Part shown: positions 25,707-38,454 of the stretch, piece by piece
How positions within the stretch are numbered: position 1 is the stretch's first letter
Layout: the number at the start of each line of letters is the position of its first letter
NCBI GenBank assembly: GCA_964016885.1
Contig: OZ024750.1
Span: 24,738,001 to 24,802,000 of the forward strand
DNA: 64,000 bases
Direction: 5' to 3'
Source of the DNA: Eledone cirrhosa
Lineage: Eukaryota
Position numbers and translations under genes: made by a program
Notes under the pieces: model-generated
The model's database searches: none
The model's input: the letters and a program-made list of their open reading frames with translations, nothing else
What the model was told of the DNA's origin: nothing

Positions 25707-25741
<35 letters not shown>

Positions 25742-25745
<4 letters not shown>

Positions 25746-25879
25746 CAAAGGAAATGTGGTAAGGAACCAAATGGACCATAACGCACCAAAGTACTCAATA
25801 CTTAGGGTAGGTAGTAGAGTGTCCAGAATTAGCCGTCGAAACGGCTTGAGCTCAGCCGTCGGGGTCCTACTCGTTCCTA
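25742..25879. mobile_element. Mini-copy of the Naiad pLTR tail (inverted tail plus HHR 3' half) in (TA)n
   Basis: Matches 2701-2832 in two opposite orientations. Confidence 0.88.
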
Positions 25880-26334
25880 TATATATATATATAAGTAGGC
25901 ATACATATACAAACATATATACATATATATATACATACACACATATGTACATATGGGTAGAAAATATATAGTATTTTCTTAAGTACACATTGGCTGAGTA
26001 GCCTCATTTGCATACCGAATATATATATTCAATGTATGATATTAGATGTGATAACCTGAAACATCTTCATATCTCATATATGGCATATCCTCATCGTGTT
26101 TACAGCCATAGGTTACAGCCATAGGCTACAGTCATAGGCTACAGTCATAGGCTACAGTCATAGGCTACAGTCATAGGCTAGAAGAGATATCTTGAGGCAA
26201 TGTTTTACAGTCAGATATCTTTCGTGATGCCAACCCTTTTAGTTGCATCTTATGACACGCAGGGATATGGGGGTACCTATTCTAAAAACTAGGGTACACA
26301 TAGCAAATATGTATGATATATCATTTCATTCATT

Positions 26335-26662
26335 TCATTTTACGTCCGCTTTTTCCCTGCTTGCAAGGGTGGGACGGGAACTGATTCTGGCTTGATTTCT
26401 ACAGCTGGATGCCCTTCCTAACACCAACCTCATTTACAGTGAGTGCTGGTTGCTTTTTTGCCATGGCACCTCCACGACCACTTTGCAGTGGAATGATATG
26501 GACCTCAGTCCCTATCATCTCATTTCTACAGCTGAGTAAACTGGAGCAATGTGAAATAAAGTGTCTTGCTCAAGGAAACAACACATCACCCAGTCTGAGA
26601 ATTGAACTCGCAACCTTTCGATTGCAAGGCCAATGCTCTAACCACTAAGCCATGTGCCTCCA
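26335..26662 (-). mobile_element. SINE family C (tRNA head, RTE-like tail); copies at 34140-34480, 36250-36550 and 37228-37540
   Basis: Head tggaggcacatggcttagtggttag..; tail ttaggaagggcatccagctgtagaaa..ggacgtaaaatga(tga)n. Confidence 0.85.
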
Positions 26663-27151
26663 TATATATATATATTTGCATGGACTTGCATACAATGTGG
26701 TACTTGTGTTATATGCAATAGTGCATCTTATCATCACAACCAATAACAACAACAACAGCAACATGTGCCAAGATGGGAGCCTTAAGGCCTCCCCCTGACA
26801 TGCTTGAAATAGCAGTCAAATCACTTAATTACACCCTCACCATTCTTAACTGATACACATAGATAAACTATGTGTGAAAGTAAATACAGGAGGATCATTG
26901 TTGAAATACTTTTCATCACAGGTCTGCTCACTGAAGGGTGACCATTATAAGGAAGTTGTAATATTAACAAAACCAAAACCGGTAGCATGGCAATAAACAA
27001 ATTAACTTTTGCATAGTTGGGAGGCTCATATAGTGATACTGTATTTTTTTTCTTTCTTTCAAAGCAACCTCTCACAGATTCATTAAAAATTTATACCACA
27101 ATTAATTTATTATATTAATTCAAAATGTCGATGTCATTAAGCATTATTTAA

Positions 27152-27359
27152 CCCTTTAGCATTTACATTAGACTATATTTACTATTACATTTTCACGGTA
27201 AAGTCTTTACCTCACATAATATCGAATCTATGAGATTTTGAAATTGTATATTTTGAGAACCATACCTTAACATCAGTATGAGTGGCTAATTATAGCCAGT
27301 TTGAACAGAAAGAGGTGAGAGAATTCTGGCTGGATATGGCCGGTTTAGATGCTAAAGGG
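27152..27359. mobile_element. piggyBac-type MITE (~210 bp)
   Basis: TTAA|CCCTTTAGCATTTA...TAGATGCTAAAGGG|TTAA. Confidence 0.88.
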
Positions 27360-27799
27360 TTAATAATAGTTGTTTCTACTTTTGGTACAAGGCCAGCAAT
27401 TACCCAGTTCATTACTGGTACTTTATTTTATCAACCCGGTAAGGATGAAAGGCAAAGTTAACATCGACGGGATTTGAACTCAGACTGTAAAGGGACGTAA
27501 CTATGCTGGAAAGCATGGCATCCGACCCTCTACCGATACTGCCAATACACCGCCATTACTGCCAATAGTACAGGTTTACATAGTTTAGAAAGATAGAAGG
27601 TAAGACGAGATTGATATGCGAGCAAGACAACCACTCTTGCCTCAAGTGGGAAAACTCCCGTCCAAACCCATGCAAGCGTGGAACATGGACGTTAAACGAT
27701 GATGATGATGATGATGATGATTGCTTGATTGAATGTGGCACAGAATAGGATAGACTTGAGGAGGTCTTCACTTTACAGTGGGTAGGTAATGTGTAATGA

Positions 27800-28335
27800 G
27801 GGTGGTGGGTGATGATGGTGGTGGTGGTGATGGTGATGATGACGATGGAGGGGGGTGATATTAATGATGGTGGTGGTGGTGGTGGTGTTGATGATGGTGG
27901 TGGTAGTGGTTTTGAGGATGGTGATGGTAGTGGTGATGGTGGTGGTGATGTTGATGATGGTGGTGGCAATGATGGAGGTGATATTGATGATGGTGGTGGT
28001 GGTGGTGGTGGTATTGGTGATGGTGATGATGATGACGATGGTGGTGGTGGTGGTGATGATCATGATGATGGTGGTGGTGGTGGTGATAACGGTGGTGATT
28101 GGTGGTGGTGGTGGTGGTGGTGATATTGATGATTGTGGTGGTGTTGATGATGATGGTGATGATGTTGATAATGGGGGTGATGTTGATGATGATGGTGGTA
28201 GTAGTGATGATGATGATGGTGGTGGTAATGATGATGATGGTGGTGATGATGATGATGATAGTGGGGATGATGATAATGATGGTGGTGGTGGTGGTGGTAT
28301 TGATGATGATGTTGATAATGATGATGATGATGACA
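27800..28335. repeat. (GGT/GAT)n compound trinucleotide repeat
   Basis: Direct inspection. Confidence 0.95.
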
Positions 28336-28528
28336 AAGCAGCAGTAATATATGAGTCAATCTTAAAAATGAAATACTTGAAGGGAATTGCTGTTTAGAGT
28401 ATCCAACAGTAATATGAGATAAATCGTCATGAATCTTAGGTGACTTAATTCCAAATGACTGGAAATCCCTGTTAATGTAAAATCATGTCTCAGTGAAATA
28501 TGAAACAATTTTGATGATGACTGTTTAA

Positions 28529-28744
28529 CCTTTTAGTATTTACATTAATCTTGGATATATACTATAGTATTTTCGTGGTAAAAATGTTATCTCACATAAT
28601 ATCTCATATAATATTAAATCTGACATTTCATTTCGATATCAGAACAATACCTTTACATCAGTATGAGAGGTCAGTTATGACCAGTTTGAACAGAAAGAAG
28701 TGAGAGAATTCTGGCCGGTTATGGCCGGTTTAAATGCTAAAGGG
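28529..28744. mobile_element. piggyBac-type MITE
   Basis: TTAA-flanked, same family as 27152-27359. Confidence 0.85.
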
Positions 28745-29569
28745 TTAAGCTGGAAGAATTAGAGAATGATTATGATGGGCTTTATAGCAATGGTACTGCA
28801 TTCCTTAGAAGTAAAGTGAGCATTTCTTATTCTATAAAAACTATTTATTTATCTTGCCTTTATTTACTTATTCTTTGTTTTTGTTTTGCTGTTTCACAGT
28901 TTCATAAACTTTTGGACTCTTGGCAGTATCGGTAGAGGGTCGGACGCCATGCTTTCCGGCATAGTTACGTCCCTTTACGATCTGAGTTCAAATCCCGCCG
29001 AGGTTGACTTTGCCTTTCATCCTTACGGGGTCGATAAAATAAAGTACCAGTAATGCACTAGATAATTGCTGGCCTTGTGCCTAAAGTAGAAACAATTATC
29101 ATGTAAAATAAAGTGTTTACTGTGAAAATATAATTGTTTCTACTTTTGGCACAAGGCCAGCTAATATCCCAGTGTATTACTGGTACTTTATTTTATCGAC
29201 CCCATAAGGATGAAAGACAAAGTTAACCTTGGCGGGATTTGAACTCAGACCGCAAAGGGCCGTAACTCTTTGCTGCAAAGCATGTTGTCTGACCCTCAAA
29301 ATATAATAGTATATATAGAGTAATGTAAATACTAAATGGTTAAAACACCCAGGAGACATTCAATGACAGAACCTCACAGACTGAAGTTACTACTATTAAA
29401 ACTCAGAAGAAACATTCTATGAGATGCAACATGACAGAAGACAGGTTGAACCCATGCTGGTGTGAGCCATAACAACACTGACAGGCCTCAATTCTTTATT
29501 TTGACTGAACAAAATTATTTTCTCATAGCTTGTGTCAACAACATAGTTTGATTCCCATGTTGTTTGCAG

Positions 29570-30800
29570 GTTTTCTGTCAGTAGGGAGATCAAAACATTT
29601 TATATTTAGCTTGATAACAGTCAAATACTGGGGTCAATTGATCAACTAAGTCTCCCTGTTCCCTAATTTCAGGCCTTGCACTTAACTTAGAAACAAATGT
29701 TGTTAGGTTTTCTGTCAGTAGGGAGATCAAAACATTTTATATTTAGCTTGATAACAGTCAAATACTGGGGTCAATTGATCAACTAAGTCTCCCTGTTCCC
29801 TAATTTCAAGCCTTGCACTTAACTTAGAAACAAATGTTGTTAGGTTTTCTGTCAGTAGGGAGATCAAAACATTTTATATTTAGCTTGATAACAGTCAAAT
29901 ACTGGGGTCAATTGATCAACTAAGTCTCCCTGTTCCCTAATTTCAAGCCTTGCACTTAACTTAGAAACAAATGTTGTTAGATTTTCTGTCAGTAGGGAGA
30001 TCAAAACATTTTATATTTAGCTTGATAACAGTCAAATACTGGGGTCAATTGATCAACTAAGTCTCCCTGTTCCCTAATTTCAAGCCTTGCACTTAACTTA
30101 GAAACAAATGTTGTTAGATTTTCTGTCAGTAGGGAGATCAAAACATTTTATATTTAGCTTGATAACAGTCAAATACTGGGGTCAATTGATCAACTAAGTC
30201 TCCCTGTTCCCTAATTTCAAGCCTTGCACTTAACTTAGAAACAAATGTTGTTAGGTTTTCTGTCAGTAGGGAGATCAAAACATTTTATATTTAGCTTGAT
30301 AACAGTCAAATACTGGGGTTAATTGATCAACTAAGTCTCCCTGTTCCCTAATTTCAGGCCTTGCACTTAACTTAGAAACAAATGTTGTTAGATTTTCTGT
30401 CAGTAGGGAGATCAAAACATTTTATATTTAGCTTGATAACAGTCAAATACTGGGGTCAATTGATCAACTAAGTCTCCCTGTTCCCTAATTTCAAGCCTTG
30501 CACTTAACTTAGAAACAAATGTTGTTAGGTTTTCTGTCAGTAGGGAGATCAAAACATTTTATATTTAGCTTGATAACAGTCAAATACTGGGGTTAATTGA
30601 TCAACTAAGTCTCCCTGTTCCCTAATTTCAGGCCTTGCACTTAACTTAGAAACAAATGTTGTTAGATTTTCTGTCAGTAGGGAGATCAAAACATTTTATA
30701 TTTAGCTTGATAACAGTCAAATACTGGGGTCAATTGATCAACTAAGTCTCCCTGTTCCCTAATTTCAGGCCTTGCACTTAACTTAGAAACAAATGTTGTT
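29570..30800. repeat. 137-bp tandem repeat, ~9 copies, containing a diverged SINE A tail
   Basis: Unit includes tactggggtcaattgatcaact..aatttcaggccttgcacttaacttagaaacaa. Confidence 0.95.
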
Positions 30801-30856
30801 GTTGTTTTGAGAAATATAAGTAGTAGGATATTGATGATGATGATGATGATGACAAC

Positions 30857-30888
<32 letters not shown>

Positions 30889-30892
30889 CAAC

Positions 30893-30924
<32 letters not shown>

Positions 30925-31106
30925 CGATGACTATGTTGATGATGACAATCATGATGATGATGATAATGTAAAAAGATGGATGACATCATAAATGTCATTA
31001 GCAACATCATTGATATGTTGTTAGTAACAACTGAAATGTCTCACACTTCCAGATATGTAACCTGATACATTTGTGTAAGATATCAATGTAGGAAATATTT
31101 TCATCA

Positions 31107-32280
31107 CCATTATGTAGGAGATTCAGTACCAGTAATGCACTGGGTAATTGCTGGCCTTATGCCTAAAGTAGACACCATTATGTAGGAGATTCAGTACCAG
31201 TAATGCACTGGGTAATTGCTGGCCTTGTGCCTAAAGTAGACACTATTATGGAGGAGATTCAGTACCAGTAATGCACTGGGTAATTGCTGGCCTTATGCCT
31301 AAAGTAGACACCATTATGTAGGAGATTCAGTACCAGTAATGCACTGGGTAATTGCTGGCCTTATGCCTAAAGTAGACACCATTATGTAGGAGATTCAGTA
31401 CCAGTAATGCACTGGGTAATTGCTGGCCTTGTGCCTAAAGTAGACACCATTATGTAGGAGATTCAGTACCAGTAATGCACTGGGTAATTGCTGGCCTTGT
31501 GCCTAAAGTAGACACTATTATGGAGGAGATTCAGTACCAGTAATGCACTGGGTCATTGCTGGCCTTGTGCCTAAAGTAGACACCATTATGTAGGAGATTC
31601 AGTACCAGTAATGCACTGGGTAATTGCTGGCCTTGTGCCTAAAGTAGACACCATTATGTAGGAGATTCAGTACCAGTAATGCACTGGGTTTGCTGGCCTT
31701 GTGCCTAAAGTAGACACCATTATGTAGGAGATTCAGTACCAGTAATGCACTGGGTAATTGCTGGCCTTATGCCTAAAGTAGACACCATTATGTAGGAGAT
31801 TCAGTACCAGTAATGCACTGGGTCATTGCTGGCCTTGTGCCTAAAGTAGACACCATTATGTAGGAGATTCAGTACCAGTAATGCACTGGGTAATTGCTGG
31901 CCTTGTGCCTAAAGTAGACACTATTATGGAGGAGATTCAGTACCAGTAATGCACTGGGTCATTGCTGGCCTTGTGCCTAAAGTAGACACCATTATGTAGG
32001 AGATTCAGTACCAGTAATGCACTGGGTAATTGCTGGCCTTGTGCCTAAAGTAGACACCATTATGTAGGAGATTCAGTACCAGTAATGCACTGGGTTTGCT
32101 GGCCTTGTGCCTAAAGTAGACACCATTATGTAGGAGATTCAGTACCAGTAATGCACTGGGTAATTGCTGGCCTTATGCCTAAAGTAGACACCATTATGTA
32201 GGAGATTCAGTACCAGTAATGCACTGGGTAATTGCTGGCCTTGTGCCTAAAGTAGACACCATTATGTAGGAGATTCAGTA
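31107..32280. repeat. 68-bp tandem repeat, ~17 copies, built from the SINE A 3' end
   Basis: Unit ccattatgtaggagattc + agtaccagtaatgcactgggtaattgctggccttgtgcctaaagtagaca. Confidence 0.97.
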
Positions 32281-32529
32281 AAATATTCAAAACTTGTCAG
32301 TTATTTATAAAATGAGAGAACTATGTATGAATACATAGTTCTCCCATATAACATATAAATTCAACATCATCATCATCATCATCATCACCATCGCTTAACG
32401 TCCTTCTTCCACGCTAACATGGGTAGTACAGGTTGTCGCTTTGTGAGAGATCAGGTCGAGGGACCGTGATTCATTCACACAGAATTGATTTTGGCTTGGT
32501 TTCTATGGCTGGATGCCCTTCCTAATGCT

Positions 32530-33190
32530 AACCACATTTACAGTGTGGACTGGGTGCTTTTTGTTGTGACACCTACACAACCACTTTACAGTGTGGAATA
32601 GGGGCTTTTTATCGTGACACCTACATGACCACTTTACAGTGTGGACTGTGTGCTTTTTATCGTGACACCTACATGACCACTTTACAGTGTGGACTGTGTG
32701 CTTTTTATCGTGACACCTACATGACTACTTTACAGTGTGGACTGGGTGCTTTTTGTTGTGACACCTACACAACCACTTTACAGTGTGGAATAGGGGCTTT
32801 TTGTTGTGACACCTACATGACTACTTCACAGTGTGGACTGGGTGCGTTTTGTCGTGACACCTACATGACTACTTCACAGTGTGGACCGGGTGCGTTTTGT
32901 CGTGACACCTACATGACCACTTTACAGTGTGGACTGTGTGCTTTTTATCGTGTCACCTACATGACCACTTTACAGTGTGGACTGTGTGCTTTTTATCGTG
33001 ACACCTACATGACCACTTTACAGTGTGGACTGTGTGCTTTTTATCGTGACACCTACATGACCACTTTACAGTGTGGACTGTGTGCTTTTTATCGTGACAC
33101 CTACATGACTACTTTACAGTGTTGACTGGATGTTTTTTGTTGTGACACCTACATGACCACTTTACAGTGTGGGCTGGGGTCTTTTGTCAT
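32530..33190. repeat. 48-bp tandem repeat inside an RTE-tailed SINE-like repeat
   Basis: Unit gaccactttacagtgtggactgtgtgctttttatcgtgacacctacat, directly after ggctggatgcccttcctaa. Confidence 0.95.
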
Positions 33191-35254
33191 GGCTCCAGCC
33201 ATGCATATATTCAAATATCTAAATACATACTTATATATAAGAAAATAAGAAGAGTAGGTTTGATTCCCATGTATGCTAATGCCCTTTTCCTCCCTTATGG
33301 GGGCTCTATCCCCTAATAATAGACTATTTTCTTCAGTCAATTCACGGTGAAAGCTTCTAATTCTATTTTCAAAATTTTCAATCAACACCATATTCTAATT
33401 CACACATGCTCATATATATATATATAATTGTTTCTACTTTTGGCACAAGGCCAGCAATTATCCCAGTGTATTACTGGTACTTTATTTTATCGACCCCGTA
33501 AGGATGGAAGGCAAAGTTAACCTCGGCGGGATTTGAACTCAGACCATAAAGGGCCGTAACTCTTTGCTGCAAAGCATGGCGTCCGACCCTCTACCGATAC
33601 TGCCAATCCACCGCCCTTATATGTATATATAATGTATGTATATATGTATGTGTATGTATGTATGTATATGTAATATATGTATGTATGTATATATAATGTA
33701 TGTATATGTAATATATGTATGTATGTATATATAATGTATGTATATGTAATATATGTATGTATGTATATGTAATATATGTATGTATGTATATATAATGTAT
33801 GTATATGTAATATATGTATGTATATATAATGTATGCATATGTAATATATGTATGTATGTATATATAATGTATGTATATGTAATATATGTATGTATATTCT
33901 AATTCACACATGCTCATATATGTATATATGTGTATATAATGTATGTATATATATATGTAGGTGTGTATGTATGTATGCATATGTAATATATGTATGTGTG
34001 TATATGTAATATTCACCTCCACAGTGAAAATATTTTAACACCTCGTTTCCATAGAATGTAAAGTCAATGAAAATCAACAAACTATTGACCTCAAATATAA
34101 ATCAACCCCCATTTTTGTCACATATTTCTCAGCTTCATCATCATCATCATTTCATTTTACGTCCGCTTTTTCCCTGCTTGCAAGGGTGGGACGGGAACTG
34201 ATTCTGGCTTGATTTCTACAGCTGGATGCCCTTCCTAACACCAACCTCATTTACAGTGAGTGCTGGGTGCTTTTTTGCCGTGGCACCTCCACGTCCACTT
34301 TGCAGTGGAATGATATGGACCCCAGTCCCTATCATCTCATTTCTACAGCTGAGTAAACTGTAGCAATGTGAAATAAAGTGTCTTGTTCAAGGAAACAACA
34401 CATCACCCATTCTGAGAATTGAACTCACAACCTTTCGATTGCAAGGCCAATGCTCTAACCACTAAGCCATGTGCCTCCATATATACAAATATATACAGTG
34501 AGTGATTTATGAAACATGCAGTGCCTCAGCCTCTCAGCTAGCATATGTAATAGAGTAAAGAATGTACTTGCTAACCCAGCTCATGTCTTTCTTCCATTTC
34601 TCCATCTTCTCTTCATTATGGGAATTTCCAAATTTTTTTATAAAAAAAAAAACAAAAAAAAACCCTTTAAATAACTCCCCACACCCACATAAGAGGTTAT
34701 GATGGGAAGGATGTGGGTGTGGTGAGTTGACTCTTAATAACTCCTCCACATCCACTTGAGAGGTTGGGGTGGGTGGGGTGTGGGTGTGGAGAGTTGACTC
34801 GAAATAACTCCCCGCCCCCTACTTGAGAGTTTGGGGCGGGCAGGGGGTGGGGTGGGATGTAGTGAGTTATTTGACTCTAAATAACTCCTCACACCCACTG
34901 ATCCACCCACTTGAGAGGCTGGGCTGGGCTGGGCGGGGCGGGGCAGGGCTGGGCTGGGGGGGAATGGATAGTTATCATTTCTCATCATCTGTACTTTCTC
35001 ACTGGATACCTGTGATCCCTCTTTATTGAGAATCTCATTAATACTGTATTAGACACACAGACAGGCAGTCAGGCAGACAGAGACTCACTGAGAGGCAGAC
35101 AGACACACAGACAGACAGTGACTCACCTACAGACATACACCTCCACTGGTTTATCAAACAAAACTCTCACTCTGTATCTATCTCTCTATTTCTCTTTTTT
35201 ATACACATACACAAAGACATCTATCCGCCCCACTCCCCCTCTCTCTCTCTCTGA

Positions 35255-35292
<38 letters not shown>

Positions 35293-35294
35293 TC

Positions 35295-35326
<32 letters not shown>

Positions 35327-35352
35327 GGAGAGGATATATATATATATATATC

Positions 35353-35388
<36 letters not shown>

Positions 35389-35457
35389 GAGAGGGGCGGA
35401 TAGATGTCTTTGTGTATGTGTATAAAAAAGAGAAATAGAGATGTCTTTGTGTATGTG

Positions 35458-35500
<43 letters not shown>

Positions 35501-35504
<4 letters not shown>

Positions 35505-35605
35505 CGAAGGAAATGTGGTAAGGAACCAGGTGGACCATAACGCACCAAAGTACTCAATACTTAGGGTAGTAGAGCTTGAGCTCAGCCGTCGGGGTCCTAC
35601 TCTTT

Positions 35606-35609
<4 letters not shown>
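35501..35609. mobile_element. Mini-copy of the Naiad pLTR tail in (TA)n
   Basis: Inverted tail joined to gcttgagctcagccgtcggggtcctactctttcctat. Confidence 0.88.
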
Positions 35610-35644
<35 letters not shown>

Positions 35645-35668
35645 CAAATATTTGGATACCAAATAAGG

Positions 35669-35741
35669 ATTCCTTCTGATGAACGATATCAGACGTTTCT
35701 GTTAGAATCGTCTAACTTCATGAAACCTTGGGTAATGGAAT
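35669..35741 (+). ncRNA. Type I hammerhead-like motif with a poor stem II base
   Basis: attcctt CTGATGA ... GAAAC CTTGG GTA atggaat. Confidence 0.55.
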
Positions 35742-35933
35742 AATTATATTGTTGTTTATTACATAAATAAATAGCTCTGTACTATACATAGAGCACTCTT
35801 CTTTCCTTTACCTTTTCCACAGAAATTCTTAAAACATATATATATATGAATGTATGTATGTATAGTACACTTGGCAATATACTGTATGTTTAATTAAAAA
35901 CATTTAGAAGACCATACATGCAGAGGAGTACGT

Positions 35934-35975
35934 GGCACTGATGATCGCCAACCAGCGTGAAACAGACTGTCAGCT
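35934..35975 (+). ncRNA. Minimal type I hammerhead motif
   Basis: ggca CTGATGA tcgc-caacca-gcgt GAAAC AGACT GTC agct. Confidence 0.65.
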
Positions 35976-36548
35976 TCTCTCCCTTCTTTTGCCGAAAAGA
36001 AGTAAGTGACATAGTCACTACTTTAAAACTGATAGCGTAAGGTCTTCTAAATGTTTTTAATTAAACATACGGTATATTGCCAAATATATTATACATACAT
36101 TCAATGTATACATCTCTATTTCAGAGCAGCAATACTAATACCATATATATATATGATGTTTTTCAGTGTGATAGAAAGAGATAGAGAGAGTCAGAGAGAT
36201 TTAGATAATAAATTGCGAAAAAGGGACTTGATTAGAATATATATATATAAAGGTTGTGAGTTCAATTCTCAGAATGGGTGATGTGTTGTTTCCTTGAGCA
36301 AGACACTTTATTTCACATTGCTCCAGTTTACTCAGCTGTAGAAATGAGATGATCGGGACTGGGGACCCTATCATTCCACTGCAAAGTGGTCGTGGAGGTG
36401 CCACGGCAAAAAAGCACCCAGTACTCACTGTAAATGAGGTTGGTGTTAGGAAGGGCATCCAGCTGTAGAAATCAAGCCAGAATCAGTTCCCGTCCCACCG
36501 TTGCAAGCAGGGAAAAGTGGACGTAAAATGAAATGATGATGATGATGA

Positions 36549-36678
<130 letters not shown>

Positions 36679-36759
36679 GTATATATATGTATTTATGAAA
36701 ATAAACCAAAGAAGCCTTCATATATATATATATATGTATTTATTAAAATAACAGATTAA

Positions 36760-36810
36760 AGTTTAAGCAAAGAATCGCTGCTTTCACCCTTAACGGGATC
36801 TTCTGAAACT
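36760..36810 (-). ncRNA. Hammerhead-like motif with a U4A core change
   Basis: Minus strand: agttt CAGAAGA tccc-gttaa-gggt GAAA GCA..TGC TT aaact. Confidence 0.5.
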
Positions 36811-37014
36811 CAAACTGATAAATATTTGCTCTACAGTTCTTATATATTAAATATATATTTATCCTTACCGAGTCTTCTAATTTATTATTATTACTATATA
36901 TATATGTATATATATATATATATATACAATATATTAACAAATGGAAACTATATTTCATCATCATCATCATTTCATTTTACGTCCACTTTTCCCTGCTTGC
37001 AAGAAAACCATATT

Positions 37015-37080
37015 TATTTTATTATACATATTTCAAGGGCCACCAAGGCAAATTATGGTGCACTTTCATCAGATAAAATA
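37015..37080 (-). ncRNA. Type I hammerhead ribozyme motif
   Basis: Minus strand: tattttat CTGATGA aagtgcacca..tggtggccctt GAAA TATGTA TA ataaaata; 8-bp stem I. Confidence 0.78.
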
Positions 37081-38454
37081 CAATACAGATTAGTTTTATA
37101 AATAAATATTGACATACCCTGAAAAAAGACAACCTTAACGGTTGGAGCTTCCTGGATAGTTTTAAGCTTGTTGAATCCCAACAAATTAAATATAACCTCT
37201 GCATATATATATATATATATATATATATCATCATCATCATCATCATCATCATCATTTCATTTTACGTCTGCTTTTTCCCTGCTTGCAACGGTGGGACGGG
37301 AACTGATACTGGCTTGATTTCTACAGCTGGATGCCCTTCCTAACACCAACCTCATTTACAGTGAGTACTGGGTGCTTTTTTGCTGTGGCACCTCCACGAC
37401 CACTTTGCAGTGGAATGATAGGGACCCCAGTCCCTATCATCTCATTTCTACAGCTGAGTAAACTGTAGCAATGTGAAATAAAGTGTCTTGCTCAAGGAAA
37501 CAACACATCACCCATTCTGAGAATTGAACTCACAACCTTTATATATATATATATATATATATATTATATTATATATATATATATCCTAATCAAGTCCCTT
37601 TTTCGCAATTTATTATCTAAATCTCTCTGACTCTCTCTATCTCTTTCTATCACACTGAAAAACATCATTTTAATTTCCTTCTATATCTCACCCACTCTCC
37701 ATTTTCTCACAATCTTTCCACCACTCCTGTCTCTCTCTCCTCTCTCTCTCCTCTCTTCTCCTCTCTCTCGTCTCTCTCTCCCCTCTCTTCTCTCCTCTCT
37801 CTCGTCCCTCTCTCCCCTCTCTCCTCTCTCGTCTCTCTCTCTCTCTCCTCTCTCTCTCTAGTTATATCACAAGCCAAATCAGATGGAGGAAGACAGAAAG
37901 TTCTTACTTCTGATTCCCTACCTGCATCCACCCCACCTTCTCTTGTTGCACTCCTCCACCACCACCACCTCTTGTTCCACTCCCCCCACCCTCACCACCT
38001 CTTGTTCCACTACCCCCACCTCTTGTTTCCGCCACCCCCACCACCAACACCTCTTGTTCCACTAACCCACCATCACCCTCACCACCTCTTGTTCCACTAA
38101 CCCACCACTACCACCCTCACCACCTCTTATCCCCCCACCATCATCACTACTTGCTTTCCTCACCACCACCACACACCCCACCACCACCACCACCACCACC
38201 ACCACACACCCCACCACCACCACACAACCCACAACCACCACCACCACCACCCCACACCCCACCACCACCACACACCCCACTACCTCACCCTCACCAGAAA
38301 TTTCATGGTTCATGATTCCTTCAAGAAAGATGGTGCATCAGGTATAGATTATTTTCCTTGTTTACTGATAACCCACTTAAAACTGGGTCTGGAGTATATA
38401 CTGCACTTGAGCAGAGATGGGAAGGAAATGGGGGCACTGGGAAAGAGGGAACCT

